Source: Paramoeba atlantica (Eukaryota > Protista > Discosea). From it: 64,000 bases of DNA. Position numbers and translations under genes: made by a program. The stretch lies in assembly GCA_977017575.1 (NCBI GenBank), contig CDRNVI010000002.1, positions 744,001 through 808,000 of the forward strand, in the 5' to 3' direction. Position 1 is the first letter of the stretch. Every line of letters begins with the position of its first letter. The notes under the pieces were generated by a model. The model had not been told where the DNA came from and ran no database searches. It saw only the letters and a program-made list of their open reading frames with translations. Shown here piece after piece: positions 50,287 to 60,803 of the stretch.

Positions 50287-52287
50287 ATGGTCGATACGAC
50301 GTCGAAAAACCTTGACGCAACCGAAGTAGATGACATGTCCGCACACCTCAGTGAAGCAAAAATAGACTCACGATCAAGCACAAACAACGATGCGCAGCGA
50401 AAGCAAGACACTTCCTCCTCTCGACGTCCTCCCCCCATCGCGCTTCCCACGGAATCTCACGAGACAAAACCCTCCGATGAAGCTTCTGGAACCAAGCTCG
50501 AGCCTCGTACCCCTGTAGCGGTGGACCTTCCCAACAGTGCCTTGCAGAACGCACTTCCGTACCTTACACTGGAAGGTCTGCTCACCGCCCGATCCGTCTC
50601 CCGCAGCCTTCTACACGCCGTGCACGGACGCTACCTCACTATGTACAACCAGGGCGTCGTGTTCCTCCACGCCCCTGAGGGGGGTTATGCCACCTACCTA
50701 ACGTCAACCGACAATGCCCACCGCTGTCTAACCTGTGGAGGCCCACGGCCGGGAACCCATGCAGAACCCGGAGCGATGAAGCATAAGAACATGGAGGGTG
50801 TCCCGGAGACCTCCCCGCATCCTAGCGATACGTCGGCTGCGAAGGAAACGGACGGCGCGTCGTGTGTCGCATGTGCTCCTCCCGCCTCCCGGCTGTTTGT
50901 CGGTCAGCTCCGCCGTCAGCACACCGCCGGGTCGATTTTATGGGCCCTCGCGATGGTCGCCCCTGAGGTGGCCATCGCCCACGTCGACAACCGCACCAAC
51001 CGCGACACTGGCCGCGAGAAGGGGTGTTGCTGGATCCACATTCCCTCCCGCTTCGAGTCCACCCTCCTCGGTCTCAACCGTCGCCTCCTGTTCGACATCA
51101 ACCCCCACGGCGGCTCGCTCTCCCAAGGCGAGGGGTTCTGGCGCGTCCCGGACCACTTCGCCCGGGTCTCTGACCTCGAAGGCTTTGCCCTACGCCGGGT
51201 CGAACGCGACCTCCTCCTCCCACGCCGCCCCGTCGTCATCGAACGCGCCAACGGCTCCGGTGGCCGTGACCCCACCCGTGGACCCCGTGGCGGTCTCCAC
51301 AACCTCCCCTCCCTCACCCGACACACCCCTCGCGAGTGTGCCCGAGCCACCCCTCTTAGTCTCCACCCCGCAACCGCTCCCCCACCCCCACCCCCTCACC
51401 CCCCGATGCCCCCCACAGGTCTCCATCCCTCCACCCTCCCCGGTACCATGACAACCCCGATGCCCACCACAACCCACCGGGACACAACCACCACCACGAC
51501 GACTCCTCACCCTACGGCTACGACTACCCTTCCCCCCCCCGTTGCCCCCTACCCCCCGACCTGCACCCCCACCGGCCCCTCCCCCCGGGCCCCCGCCCCC
51601 CCCCTCCCGCTCTTCCGCGTCCCCTCCGGCACCTGGGTCCCCTCCCCCGACGGCACCACGCTCGTCCACGTGGCCTGCGCGTGCGCGGAGTGCCAGGCGC
51701 TCCGGGTGCTGGGGAACGAGACCCCCGCGGCGTCCCCGGTGACCCCCACGGGGGCGGGGGCGCGCTGGCCCGGGGCGGACTCCCCCGCGAGGGTGCGGTA
51801 CGGGTCGGGGATCGGGGCCGTACCCCATCCCCACCCCCCGGGGATGCGGCGGAGTCACAGCGGGGTGATGGTACACCCGTACAACCCACAGGGTATGCCG
51901 CGGGGGGAGAGTGGGGAGGTGGTGATGGGGAGTACGGCATCGCTGGAGGGGGGGGCGTTGGTGGCGGGGGTGCATACCCCGCCGTATATGGTGATTACCC
52001 CGGAGCTCGGCGAGCTCTCCGGGATGGGAGGGGGGGGGATGATGGGACACTACCCGCCTCCGATGATGATGGCCCACCCCTCGGAGGAGATGTTGGCCTC
52101 GAGTGAGAATGTGACCCCGGCGCCGGTGCTGGTGGATCCCTCGGTGCCGTACCCTGTGAGTCCGTTGCTGGCGGGGTATCACCCGGGTGGTGGGTCTCCG
52201 GTGTTTACGGCCACGAATGTGGCGTTTGGTTCTCCGCAAGGTGTGCGTCACCGGGCACGGTCCGGTACTCCGCACAACCAGGGGTAG
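50287..52287 (+). CDS. RRM protein with a putative N-terminal F-box and a Pro/Thr/Gly-rich tail
   Basis: ALPYLTLEGLLTARSVSRSL (F-box-like); SRLFVGQL (RNP2); KGCCWIHI (RNP1). Confidence 0.7.
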   Translation: MVDTTSKNLDATEVDDMSAHLSEAKIDSRSSTNNDAQRKQDTSSSRRPPPIALPTESHETKPSDEASGTKLEPRTPVAVDLPNSALQNALPYLTLEGLLTARSVSRSLLHAVHGRYLTMYNQGVVFLHAPEGGYATYLTSTDNAHRCLTCGGPRPGTHAEPGAMKHKNMEGVPETSPHPSDTSAAKETDGASCVACAPPASRLFVGQLRRQHTAGSILWALAMVAPEVAIAHVDNRTNRDTGREKGCCWIHIPSRFESTLLGLNRRLLFDINPHGGSLSQGEGFWRVPDHFARVSDLEGFALRRVERDLLLPRRPVVIERANGSGGRDPTRGPRGGLHNLPSLTRHTPRECARATPLSLHPATAPPPPPPHPPMPPTGLHPSTLPGTMTTPMPTTTHRDTTTTTTTPHPTATTTLPPPVAPYPPTCTPTGPSPRAPAPPLPLFRVPSGTWVPSPDGTTLVHVACACAECQALRVLGNETPAASPVTPTGAGARWPGADSPARVRYGSGIGAVPHPHPPGMRRSHSGVMVHPYNPQGMPRGESGEVVMGSTASLEGGALVAGVHTPPYMVITPELGELSGMGGGGMMGHYPPPMMMAHPSEEMLASSENVTPAPVLVDPSVPYPVSPLLAGYHPGGGSPVFTATNVAFGSPQGVRHRARSGTPHNQG

Positions 52288-52616
52288 AGCCAGCGCTGGT
52301 GTTTGGGTAAGTTAAATCGGTCGTATACAAAATAAGTGTGACATGCAAGGGGTACACAAGAAGTTGCGTTCATTCGAATGTCACTACTGTTTCCGAAAAG
52401 AATAGAATTGCATAACACGTATTTACGGAATAATGTTTTAAGTGTTTCTGTGAACACTGAGAATAAGTTTAAAGCAAATAGTTTGAAGGTAGGTTTTCTG
52501 GTTGTATTAGAAAAACTTTTTTTTCTTATCACGATGATGTAGTGGATGCGTAAAACTTTTTCTTGTTTACGAGAGTTTTCTCGTCAATTTTATTTTTGAC
52601 TGATGTAAGAAAAGTG

Positions 52617-54002
52617 ATGAGGCTTTCGCCTTTCAGTTCTTTGGTCAAGACCAACGCAACTATTGGGAGGTTGAATTTTGCTTTTGACGCATTTTCTGGA
52701 ATAGCAATCCCACCAAGGCCCCGTAGGAAATATGCTCCTGCAAGAAGATTTGCTTCTTGTTGTCGTGGTCATGAGCGCACGCTGTGGTTTTCCAGCAAGC
52801 GAATGTACTGGAACCCCTTTTTGTCTTCGAGTAGTCAACGTTTCAATTGGAGAAGGTATCGACCGATTTGTTGGGTTTCTGGTGCAGCGATTACAGCACT
52901 TTTTTTGTTTGACAGTCCAGCTGCACGCCTTCAAATAGCGCGTGAAAAGTTTCACTGTTTCATAGAAAGGTGTTCCTTATTTTTAAGAGATTTGAAATCG
53001 TTACCAGTGTCCTTGGCTAGTCGAAAATTAAGCGGAGATCAGGCAGAGTTCAACTTTGAAAGCGTGGAAGATCTGGACAGCAATGAGTCTCTGGAAGAAT
53101 ATATTGCTGCAATGAGCATAAAATCACCCAAGAAAGAGACTGGCAAGAAGCGACGTACTGGAAAACCGCCTCCTGGCTTCACCAATGCTTTTCAAGCTTA
53201 CGCACTGGGGGATATCATTCCTCTCACTCACGATGTCGCACTGCTTCGCTTTCTTTTTGATGACCCCGACACTGAGTTTAACCTCAGGCCTTGTAGCACA
53301 CTACAAGGAAAGTTCACCACAGGTCTTCAGCTTGCCGATTTGATAACCCGGTTCTACACCCCCGTGACCCCTAACCACACAAAAGGCTATTTCGACATCA
53401 TTGTCAAGCGCAAACCGAATGGAATGATGACAAAACACTTATTCGGGCTACACGTCGGTGACCGCATGCATTTCCGTGAGGTTCCTTTCAAACTGCGGTA
53501 CAAACCCAACCGGTGGAAAGAGGTTGGTCTCATTGCCGGGGGTACGGGACTCACCCCAATGCTTCAGGTCATCCGGCACGCCTTGGAGGAGTACCCCGAG
53601 GACCGTACCAAGCTGCGGCTTATCTTTTGCAACCGCACTGAGAACCACATCCTGTTAAAAGGGCTGCTGGACCGACTCGCCCGGGACCATCCCGAGCGGT
53701 TCTCTGTGGTCTACGGTGTGGACTGTCCGGTGGATGCGGAGAGGTGGAAGGGGTTCACCGGGTACCTCACCGCCGATCTGCTCCGGGCTCACCTGCCCCC
53801 ACCCTCCCCTAGCTCACTTATTCTGGTTTGTGGGCCAGACAATTTGCTGTGGCACGTTGCCGGGACCCCGACCCAGCTGATGGATACCCTCTCCGGGGGT
53901 CGCCCGGTACAGCCCATGGCCGTGGATCTTGCCAACCTGACCAAACTTGGGGGGTTGTTGGCACAGTTGGGATACACGGATCATGACGTGTATCGGTTTT
54001 GA
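52617..54002 (+). CDS. NADH-cytochrome b5 reductase-like flavoprotein with a mitochondrial-type extension
   Basis: TRFYTPV (RxYTP), IAGGTGLTPMLQ, LIFCNRTE and ILVCGP motifs. Confidence 0.9.
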   Translation: MRLSPFSSLVKTNATIGRLNFAFDAFSGIAIPPRPRRKYAPARRFASCCRGHERTLWFSSKRMYWNPFLSSSSQRFNWRRYRPICWVSGAAITALFLFDSPAARLQIAREKFHCFIERCSLFLRDLKSLPVSLASRKLSGDQAEFNFESVEDLDSNESLEEYIAAMSIKSPKKETGKKRRTGKPPPGFTNAFQAYALGDIIPLTHDVALLRFLFDDPDTEFNLRPCSTLQGKFTTGLQLADLITRFYTPVTPNHTKGYFDIIVKRKPNGMMTKHLFGLHVGDRMHFREVPFKLRYKPNRWKEVGLIAGGTGLTPMLQVIRHALEEYPEDRTKLRLIFCNRTENHILLKGLLDRLARDHPERFSVVYGVDCPVDAERWKGFTGYLTADLLRAHLPPPSPSSLILVCGPDNLLWHVAGTPTQLMDTLSGGRPVQPMAVDLANLTKLGGLLAQLGYTDHDVYRF

Positions 54003-54235
54003 GGGTCTGAATAGGGATGATATTGAGTTCAAAAATGCTTGTAGGTCTGCTCTGACGACGATAACATTGTCTTAAGCATAGTGATGTTTTTGTTATAGGG
54101 CTCCGTTCTTTTCAAAGAAATACAAGATTGTTTTTATTTACCTCAGATTAGATCATACGGAGATGTACATTGGTACGCATCAAAATATTGCATAGTGTAA
54201 CTAGGAAACATGATTTATTTCCCTACGTTGTTCAT

Positions 54236-54640
54236 ATGTTTGGTTTCCGAAGAGCATTATCTCAACAAAGAGGAAAATCGATAGATGCCACGCGCGGCGG
54301 TAAAATGAAATCTTCAACGAAGACCCCGCCATCTTCTCTTCACATGAGACATAATTCAATTAAACAGAATTTGGACCCTATGGATCAATCTTGTCCTCGG
54401 AGACCATGGACACCAGCAACCCCGGGGATCGGGACAATTTTTGCCGGTAATGATCCATTTGATTTGCGAAAATACCGAAAAGCGATTAAACAGGGTAGAG
54501 TTCCCGCTGAATACGGTCGGGTCTCGCGACCTGGAAGTGTAGGCGCCCCTGCATCTAAGCTATATCCGCACACCACACTCCCGACTATTTTAAAACGTGA
54601 TTGTTCTCCTTTTCTCGCTTACCGGCGACCTCCAAAGTAA
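54236..54640 (+). CDS. Small basic protein, probably mitochondrial
   Basis: MFGFRRALSQQR transit-like start; basic composition. Confidence 0.6.
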   Translation: MFGFRRALSQQRGKSIDATRGGKMKSSTKTPPSSLHMRHNSIKQNLDPMDQSCPRRPWTPATPGIGTIFAGNDPFDLRKYRKAIKQGRVPAEYGRVSRPGSVGAPASKLYPHTTLPTILKRDCSPFLAYRRPPK

Positions 54641-54877
54641 GTGCGGGGGCATGACAGTCCCTGTCCTGGCTTGTCCATGTACGAGGAATATACAACTCGG
54701 TACAGAAATTCTCTCTGGTATTCATAATTATGCTGGACTTCGTACGATGCGATTTTATATACTTTACAAAACACAGATGTTATTACGTGGATTCCCCGAG
54801 ATTCCCCGAGAACCCACAAAGTTGTTGATTGTCAGTATTTTTAGAATTTTTCGCAACTCTTGAACTATGTCCATGCG

Positions 54878-56569
54878 ATGTATCGGCTAACTTTCCACCG
54901 ACTCACATGGATCGAACGTGTACACGCTGCCAGAGAGGAGACTGCTCGTCGATTCGGAAACATAAACTGTCTTGGGACCCCCGGTGCCATTCCCGGCTTT
55001 GACAACTTTGTAGCACAAAAGCGTGAGGAGAAACAATATGAGGACTTTGACCAACGCGTGGAGAGAGCTTTTCAAAAAGCGTGGGGTACACACAAGCAAG
55101 AGGTATGGAACGCACATAAGCGACAGGTAAGAGATGGAACTCTACCAAAGGGCACCTCACTGAACCAAATACGGGACTTGGAAGGCAAGCTCGAGGAGCG
55201 CAAGGAGTGGCTACGAAACGTGTGGGCACAGGTGGACTCAGATTACCGCAGTGGAGACACCGAACGTGTGACTCGAGCCATGTCTGACATAGAGAAGGCT
55301 AATGCAGGAAAGGGCAATGGCTACATGGAGTGGGCCTACCAAACAAAATACGATATGCGCTTCATGGGGAACAAAGAAAAGGACGAGCTTGTTCGCAAAT
55401 TAAACTCAACGGAATTCCCGGATATCTCAGAAGAAGAGACGACACGATTTATCAACCGAAAGATGAACATGAACGAGTTGGAGAAATCTGTTACGCGCGT
55501 GTTCGGGGAAGCCGGACGACGCCACTGGGAGCTTCTGCAGCAGGAAAAAGATGATGAATACACGGAGAAAATGGACCGCGCGCTTGACATGTATGAAACA
55601 TTGAGCAAGGAGGAACGCGAAGCTTTCAGTGCGCAACGAAATCGTCGTCTCCAGGCCCGGCCCTCTCGAACCGATGAGGCAAAGCAACGCCTCGCCGCTG
55701 CACTGGAACGAGAGGAGAAGAGACAGAACTTAGTAGACGCGGATCTTGCACGAGAGGCAGAGGAACGTCACGAAAAATATGTTAAGCGCCGTGAGAGTAT
55801 GCTTGCCGCAGAGAAAATGCGCGTAGGTGGGGTCCCGAACCGCGAGCTGCTAAACACAATGCGTCGCCGATCCCTGGAAGAGATCCAGCAAAAACACAAC
55901 TTGGCGGCACAACAGGAGCGCACGGAGTTGATGGAGAAGAAACGGGTACTGTTCGAGACGATGCGCGTGATGCAGCAAGAGGCGGAGAAGCGTAGTGTGT
56001 TGCGTGCGATGAGTCCCGGGGGGGTAGCGGCGGCACAAAAGTACACCCCTCTCAGCGACGCGGAGAATACCTTGGCGGCCGCCAAAAGCCTTGCGCGACA
56101 AACCGTAAAGTCGAGCGCCGAGTTGGAATTTGCCACGAAGCGTTCACTGTGGAAGTTAGTCCACAATACGAAATATGAGTCCCCCTCGGACGTGATTCAC
56201 CAGGCACGCGTTGATGCGCACAAAACGTACAGCCAAGTGTATCGAAAGACCCGTGCCCACCGCCTGCGCCATAAACGTTACAAGGACATCAGCCAGGCGT
56301 ACAGCGGGTTTGAGAGTCGATGCTATTCTGGGGGATGGCGTGAGCGGGGGATCTCTACATGGGGGCTCAGTGCTTCGACGATTGCCAATTTGGATGACGA
56401 TACTAATGTGACTTATGTGGAGGACAGCCGCGGACCTCACCGCATGGATAAGAATATCCCCGGAGAGATCGATCCTCGGGAAGAAAAGCGAAGTGGTGAA
56501 GGCCCGATATTTCATGGGAAACGTTATCACAAGCTTCCTCCGTCGGATATTGGGGCCAACCTGTCATAG
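54878..56569 (+). CDS. Charged helical protein, probably mitochondrial (possibly lineage-specific mitoribosomal)
   Basis: MYRLTFHRL transit-like start; long E/R/K-rich helices. Confidence 0.7.
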   Translation: MYRLTFHRLTWIERVHAAREETARRFGNINCLGTPGAIPGFDNFVAQKREEKQYEDFDQRVERAFQKAWGTHKQEVWNAHKRQVRDGTLPKGTSLNQIRDLEGKLEERKEWLRNVWAQVDSDYRSGDTERVTRAMSDIEKANAGKGNGYMEWAYQTKYDMRFMGNKEKDELVRKLNSTEFPDISEEETTRFINRKMNMNELEKSVTRVFGEAGRRHWELLQQEKDDEYTEKMDRALDMYETLSKEEREAFSAQRNRRLQARPSRTDEAKQRLAAALEREEKRQNLVDADLAREAEERHEKYVKRRESMLAAEKMRVGGVPNRELLNTMRRRSLEEIQQKHNLAAQQERTELMEKKRVLFETMRVMQQEAEKRSVLRAMSPGGVAAAQKYTPLSDAENTLAAAKSLARQTVKSSAELEFATKRSLWKLVHNTKYESPSDVIHQARVDAHKTYSQVYRKTRAHRLRHKRYKDISQAYSGFESRCYSGGWRERGISTWGLSASTIANLDDDTNVTYVEDSRGPHRMDKNIPGEIDPREEKRSGEGPIFHGKRYHKLPPSDIGANLS

Positions 56570-56760
56570 TCCTACACTTGAATTGCATCATTACTTGTGT
56601 GTCAAGGATTTCGGTAGTGTCTTTTCAGTAGCATATATGTTTTCTTCTCATTTAAGTTCTGTATGGTATACAAACAACGTAAACTAGTCTCCACTATGTC
56701 ATGTGTTCTTTTCTGTACGTTTTCTTACTCTCCTTAGTTGATTTACAGAATTGTTACAGA

Positions 56761-57543
56761 ATGGGATCACTGCGCTATCGTCGTCCCTACTGGATGCTTC
56801 ACCTGAAAAACGTGAAGTACTGGAGAGTATACGCCAAAACAGGGGCAGGATATCAACGCACAGAGATGCTCTATCAGGCCTGGCTAGGAGGCATTGACCG
56901 ACCCTATGCCCGACCCCGATGCACGCATCGCACTCCTACGTGGCTTACGCGCAAGCGCTTCGCCCTCGAGAAACCCCACTTGACTCCCGATACGGTTGTC
57001 GAGCGCCTTTTTCTTGAGTTTCACCAGAAATATTTTGCGTATAGAGGAACACTAAGACCAGTCGTGGAGGATGTTCATAACATGTTTGAGCTTGTAGAGC
57101 GTCCGTTGGACATGAGCTATGCATGCCGAACGCTGTCCCACCTTCACAATGACTTCCTTGTTGTACTTACCTCAGAAACATTTGCTCTGTTCTTACATGC
57201 TGCTATGAAGGTGGACCGACGGGATCTCATTACTTTTGCGATCCAGAATGCTGAAAAGCTTGGATTTGTGTCGATCGGCTCCAAATCTCGAGCCTTTGCC
57301 GAGGGAAAAAGTTCGTGGTATAAAATCGAAGACGGGCAATATCTTCCTCTTGAAGGCAATGAAAAATTGAACTCACCGGAGCTGGTCAAGGAACGTAGAG
57401 ATGAAGAGTCCGAACTTTTGCGCCAGTTGGACCAAAAGAAGCATATTTCGAACATAGAAAATACACGCTCTCCTGAGGAAGAGCTTGCTCAATTAGAGAA
57501 AGAGCTTGCCGAAGCAGAGTCTGCAGGAAACGAAGAGAGATAG
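56761..57543 (+). CDS. Probable mitochondrial protein with PPR-like helices
   Basis: Arg/Trp-rich N-terminus; LTSETFALFLHAAMKVDRRDL helix pair. Confidence 0.65.
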   Translation: MGSLRYRRPYWMLHLKNVKYWRVYAKTGAGYQRTEMLYQAWLGGIDRPYARPRCTHRTPTWLTRKRFALEKPHLTPDTVVERLFLEFHQKYFAYRGTLRPVVEDVHNMFELVERPLDMSYACRTLSHLHNDFLVVLTSETFALFLHAAMKVDRRDLITFAIQNAEKLGFVSIGSKSRAFAEGKSSWYKIEDGQYLPLEGNEKLNSPELVKERRDEESELLRQLDQKKHISNIENTRSPEEELAQLEKELAEAESAGNEER

Positions 57544-57780
57544 TAACGAAACAACAATTTCTTTCTTATTTCCCGTAGGTGAATTTTCTTACTTTTTTCT
57601 TACTTGTAGCTAGTATTCATTATTAGAGGCACTAGTGTAGCACGTCAACCCATTTTGGGAAGTTTCTTAGGATTAGCATTTTACATTTCAAAGTTTCAAA
57701 TTTTTGTATAGATCTTTGTCCTTATTTTCTTGAATAGACAGGTGTTTTTTTGCACTAACCAGATACACGTGTAAACAAGC

Positions 57781-58758
57781 ATGCCCATGGGATCTACCAT
57801 CGCTCAACGTACCCCCTCTGATGTGCCACATCATTTATGGAACACATATCGTCACACTGTAGCCGTTCAAATTGCTGCCGCGTCCAGCACGTTACTATTC
57901 TACCCACTGGACTCTGTCAAGTTTCGTATCATGTCCCAGGATGGCACATCCAAGCACAGCTATCATCACCATCGAGGTGACTTCTCTGGTGTCTCTCAAG
58001 CCCTACGCCAGACCTACAAGGTGGAAGGATTGATGGCCTTGTATCGCGGCGCACTCATTTCGGTAAGCGGATCCGTCCTCTCTTGGGGAATCTACATGTT
58101 TGCCTACAAGTATCTTCTGCACTTAGGAAGCACCGGGTCGATGTCAAACTCGATTTATTTCGACTATACAGCGTCTTTGAGCGCAAGTGTGTTCTGTGCG
58201 ATTTGCACTAATCCACTATGGCTAGTAAAAACGCGCATGCAGTTGCAGGACCGTACGGTTAAGAACCAGACATATTACCGAGGCTTTTTTCACGGCACAA
58301 GAGAGGTAATAAAGAGCGAAGGGCTTATTGCTCTGTATCGCGGTCTCCTCTCTCAAATTCTACTAAGCGTTCCTACTGCAGCATATTTCCCCATGTACGA
58401 AGCCTTTAAGGCGTACGCCAGATCTATGAAACAAATAGAAGATACCCAACACTTGAATTTCTTTGAGCTTCTTTTATGTACATTGGCTACGAAAGTCATT
58501 ATGGCTGTAGTTTCGAATCCACTTATGGTGATAAAGACAAAGATACAGGATCATCGTAACGTGTCCACCTCTGCGAAAACCGGGAGTAGGGCACCAGGTC
58601 AATATGAATCCATACGCAGCACAATTCTACTGGCGACTCGTCGAGAAGGCCTAATTCGTGGGCTGCTCGCCAGAGGGCTGTGGAGTAATCTGGTTCAGTC
58701 CATTCCTCGAAGCACCTCCCATATGCTACTGTACGAGCTTATTCTAAGGTACATTTAA
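57781..58758 (+). CDS. Mitochondrial carrier (SLC25), folate/FAD transporter-like
   Basis: Three PX[DE]XX[KR] signatures: YPLDSVKFR, NPLWLVKTR and NPLMVIKTK. Confidence 0.9.
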   Translation: MPMGSTIAQRTPSDVPHHLWNTYRHTVAVQIAAASSTLLFYPLDSVKFRIMSQDGTSKHSYHHHRGDFSGVSQALRQTYKVEGLMALYRGALISVSGSVLSWGIYMFAYKYLLHLGSTGSMSNSIYFDYTASLSASVFCAICTNPLWLVKTRMQLQDRTVKNQTYYRGFFHGTREVIKSEGLIALYRGLLSQILLSVPTAAYFPMYEAFKAYARSMKQIEDTQHLNFFELLLCTLATKVIMAVVSNPLMVIKTKIQDHRNVSTSAKTGSRAPGQYESIRSTILLATRREGLIRGLLARGLWSNLVQSIPRSTSHMLLYELILRYI

Positions 58759-59229
58759 AAAATTATTTACTTGACTATCTCTGCTAGTCTTTCGTTAGTT
58801 TTTGGCCTCCTGTTAGCATACTGCAAGCATGATTTCCACGGTAGGTAAGTTCCTAAAGTTCGAGGCGTTGCGAGTAGAGAAAAGAAATCAAAGGAAATCG
58901 GACTTATCTCCGTTTGAGAAATTGCGAAGGTGGGAGATACGAAGGGGGGGAGATTGTGCAGTCTAGAAGATAGCTGGACTCCTAACCCCCCCCCCTTTAC
59001 GTTTCGCATGCAGAGCACTTTGGTTAACCCACCCTACTGCCTCTCAGTCTAAAAAGAGTCTCACACATCTTATTGGAAATCACGGCACGGTAGTGTACGC
59101 TGTTAACTTTTACGCTGCTTAATTTTATGGTCATGTATGCTATTCATATTCTTCACCCAATAAAAAAATGGAAAGCAAAAATCATTTTTGCAACGTCTTG
59201 AAATTGTTTTTGTACAATTGAAATATTCA

Positions 59230-60519
59230 ATGTGTTTGTCCAAGATGCGGAGCGTGCTTCTATCACATTTTTCAAGGACATTTCGTCATCTTTTCGGCAG
59301 GTTTCCTCTTTGTCTTACTGTGCACGACATTCCCTTGATTCTGGGAGGCACTTCAATAATATTGAGCGTGCTTTCAGGCAAAGATCTAAGCCGTACCTTA
59401 CTGGTAGTGGGAGCTGTGACTTATGGACTTCGTCGTATTACAGCTCTAATTTTTCCGAAGCTTTGCGTTCGACCCTTGTCTCAGGGGTTTGGCGCGACCC
59501 ACACTGTCGGCGTCCGTTGGGTTCGATCAGACTCTTTGACCATTCCACATTTCGTCACACTTTATCCCATAATTTCCACAAGGGGTTTGAAGGCGATGAA
59601 TTCGGTGCCTTGGCTTCCTTTCGGGAACTTGCGCTATGCTTCGGAATTCGCCCAGTCGCTTCATTTGCCGCAATTTCTAACAAATCATTTATCGGAGTGT
59701 CGAATTGAAGCCACCTTAGATGCTCCGTCGTTGTACGATCAACAAAACATGCGGGGCAAGGCGAAATATGTTGTATTCTCACACGGTCTGTACGGGCACA
59801 TGAATATGTACAGTACCTTGGCTCAGGAGTGGGCCGCTCGCGGTTACGTTGTGCTGTGTCCGGAGCACCGAGACGGTAGTGCTGTGTTCACCACGTGTGT
59901 AGATAAGGAACCGATTCCCTTTCGCCGCCCCTCCCTGCCTCACAATGATCCTGGGGTGAGACAACTCCGGTACGATCAAGTGCAACATCGCACGGAGGAG
60001 TTACTGGCACTGATTCGAGACAATGTTCCTTCTACGGCTCAGGAGGTGATATTGGCTGGACACAGCTTTGGTGCCACTACCGCACTAAACACAGCTATTG
60101 AACTGCGTCTACGTCACTGTACTGATGGTCAAGTAGAATCCTTTCCTGTTATTTCTCGAGTCGTCACATTTGATTTGTGGACTTATCCGTTGGAGCATAT
60201 TGCTTTTAGGCAGAAATTGAGCCGTTTGTGCTCAAAACTTGAAAAAATTCACGAATTAGTACCAATAAGATTGCAGCTTTTTGATAGTGAAGAATGGTAC
60301 AAATGTGAAGAGCGAAATAGTATCCTGTCCAAGCTATTCTTGCCTGATCTTCGTAAAATTTTTACTTTAAGTCGTTCATGGCGTGCAGGGACAGATCATC
60401 ACTCGGCCTCTGACATGGGTTTACTGAATCCTTATATTCGAAGGAAAAGAGCGTGGCGTCAGCATTGCAGCGATTCTTACCATATTCAGGCTTGGGCTTT
60501 ACGCGGTATCCGAGAATAA
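59230..60519 (+). CDS. Platelet-activating factor acetylhydrolase-like alpha/beta hydrolase
   Basis: VVFSHGLYG, GYVVLCPEHRDGSA, AGHSFGATT (GxSxG), TFDLW and DHHSASD motifs. Confidence 0.88.
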   Translation: MCLSKMRSVLLSHFSRTFRHLFGRFPLCLTVHDIPLILGGTSIILSVLSGKDLSRTLLVVGAVTYGLRRITALIFPKLCVRPLSQGFGATHTVGVRWVRSDSLTIPHFVTLYPIISTRGLKAMNSVPWLPFGNLRYASEFAQSLHLPQFLTNHLSECRIEATLDAPSLYDQQNMRGKAKYVVFSHGLYGHMNMYSTLAQEWAARGYVVLCPEHRDGSAVFTTCVDKEPIPFRRPSLPHNDPGVRQLRYDQVQHRTEELLALIRDNVPSTAQEVILAGHSFGATTALNTAIELRLRHCTDGQVESFPVISRVVTFDLWTYPLEHIAFRQKLSRLCSKLEKIHELVPIRLQLFDSEEWYKCEERNSILSKLFLPDLRKIFTLSRSWRAGTDHHSASDMGLLNPYIRRKRAWRQHCSDSYHIQAWALRGIRE

Positions 60520-60803
60520 TTTGTTATGCTTTATCTGTGTATTCTAGGGCTCCTAGTCTAGAGTTATAGAATGAACACTAGGTAATTATTTCAACACAGG
60601 GGTCTCTCAAATACGAATTGAGCATTATTTTAATTCACTTTATTCATTTGTATGCTACGTAACGTATCATACAGAATGTGACATTCAGTAATAGATGCGA
60701 ATCATTTTCATATAACGTCTAATATAACATCCTATACACCAATTTTAGTCAAACATTCGTACATCTAATACATAAAACACTACGTATACTACATCCCCGC
60801 GGA

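Noticed and set aside
604-59230. GTG/TTG starts in the ORF track as widespread non-AUG initiation
   Set aside because: In all host genes except the TopBP1-like one, an in-frame ATG lies a few codons downstream and before the conserved domains
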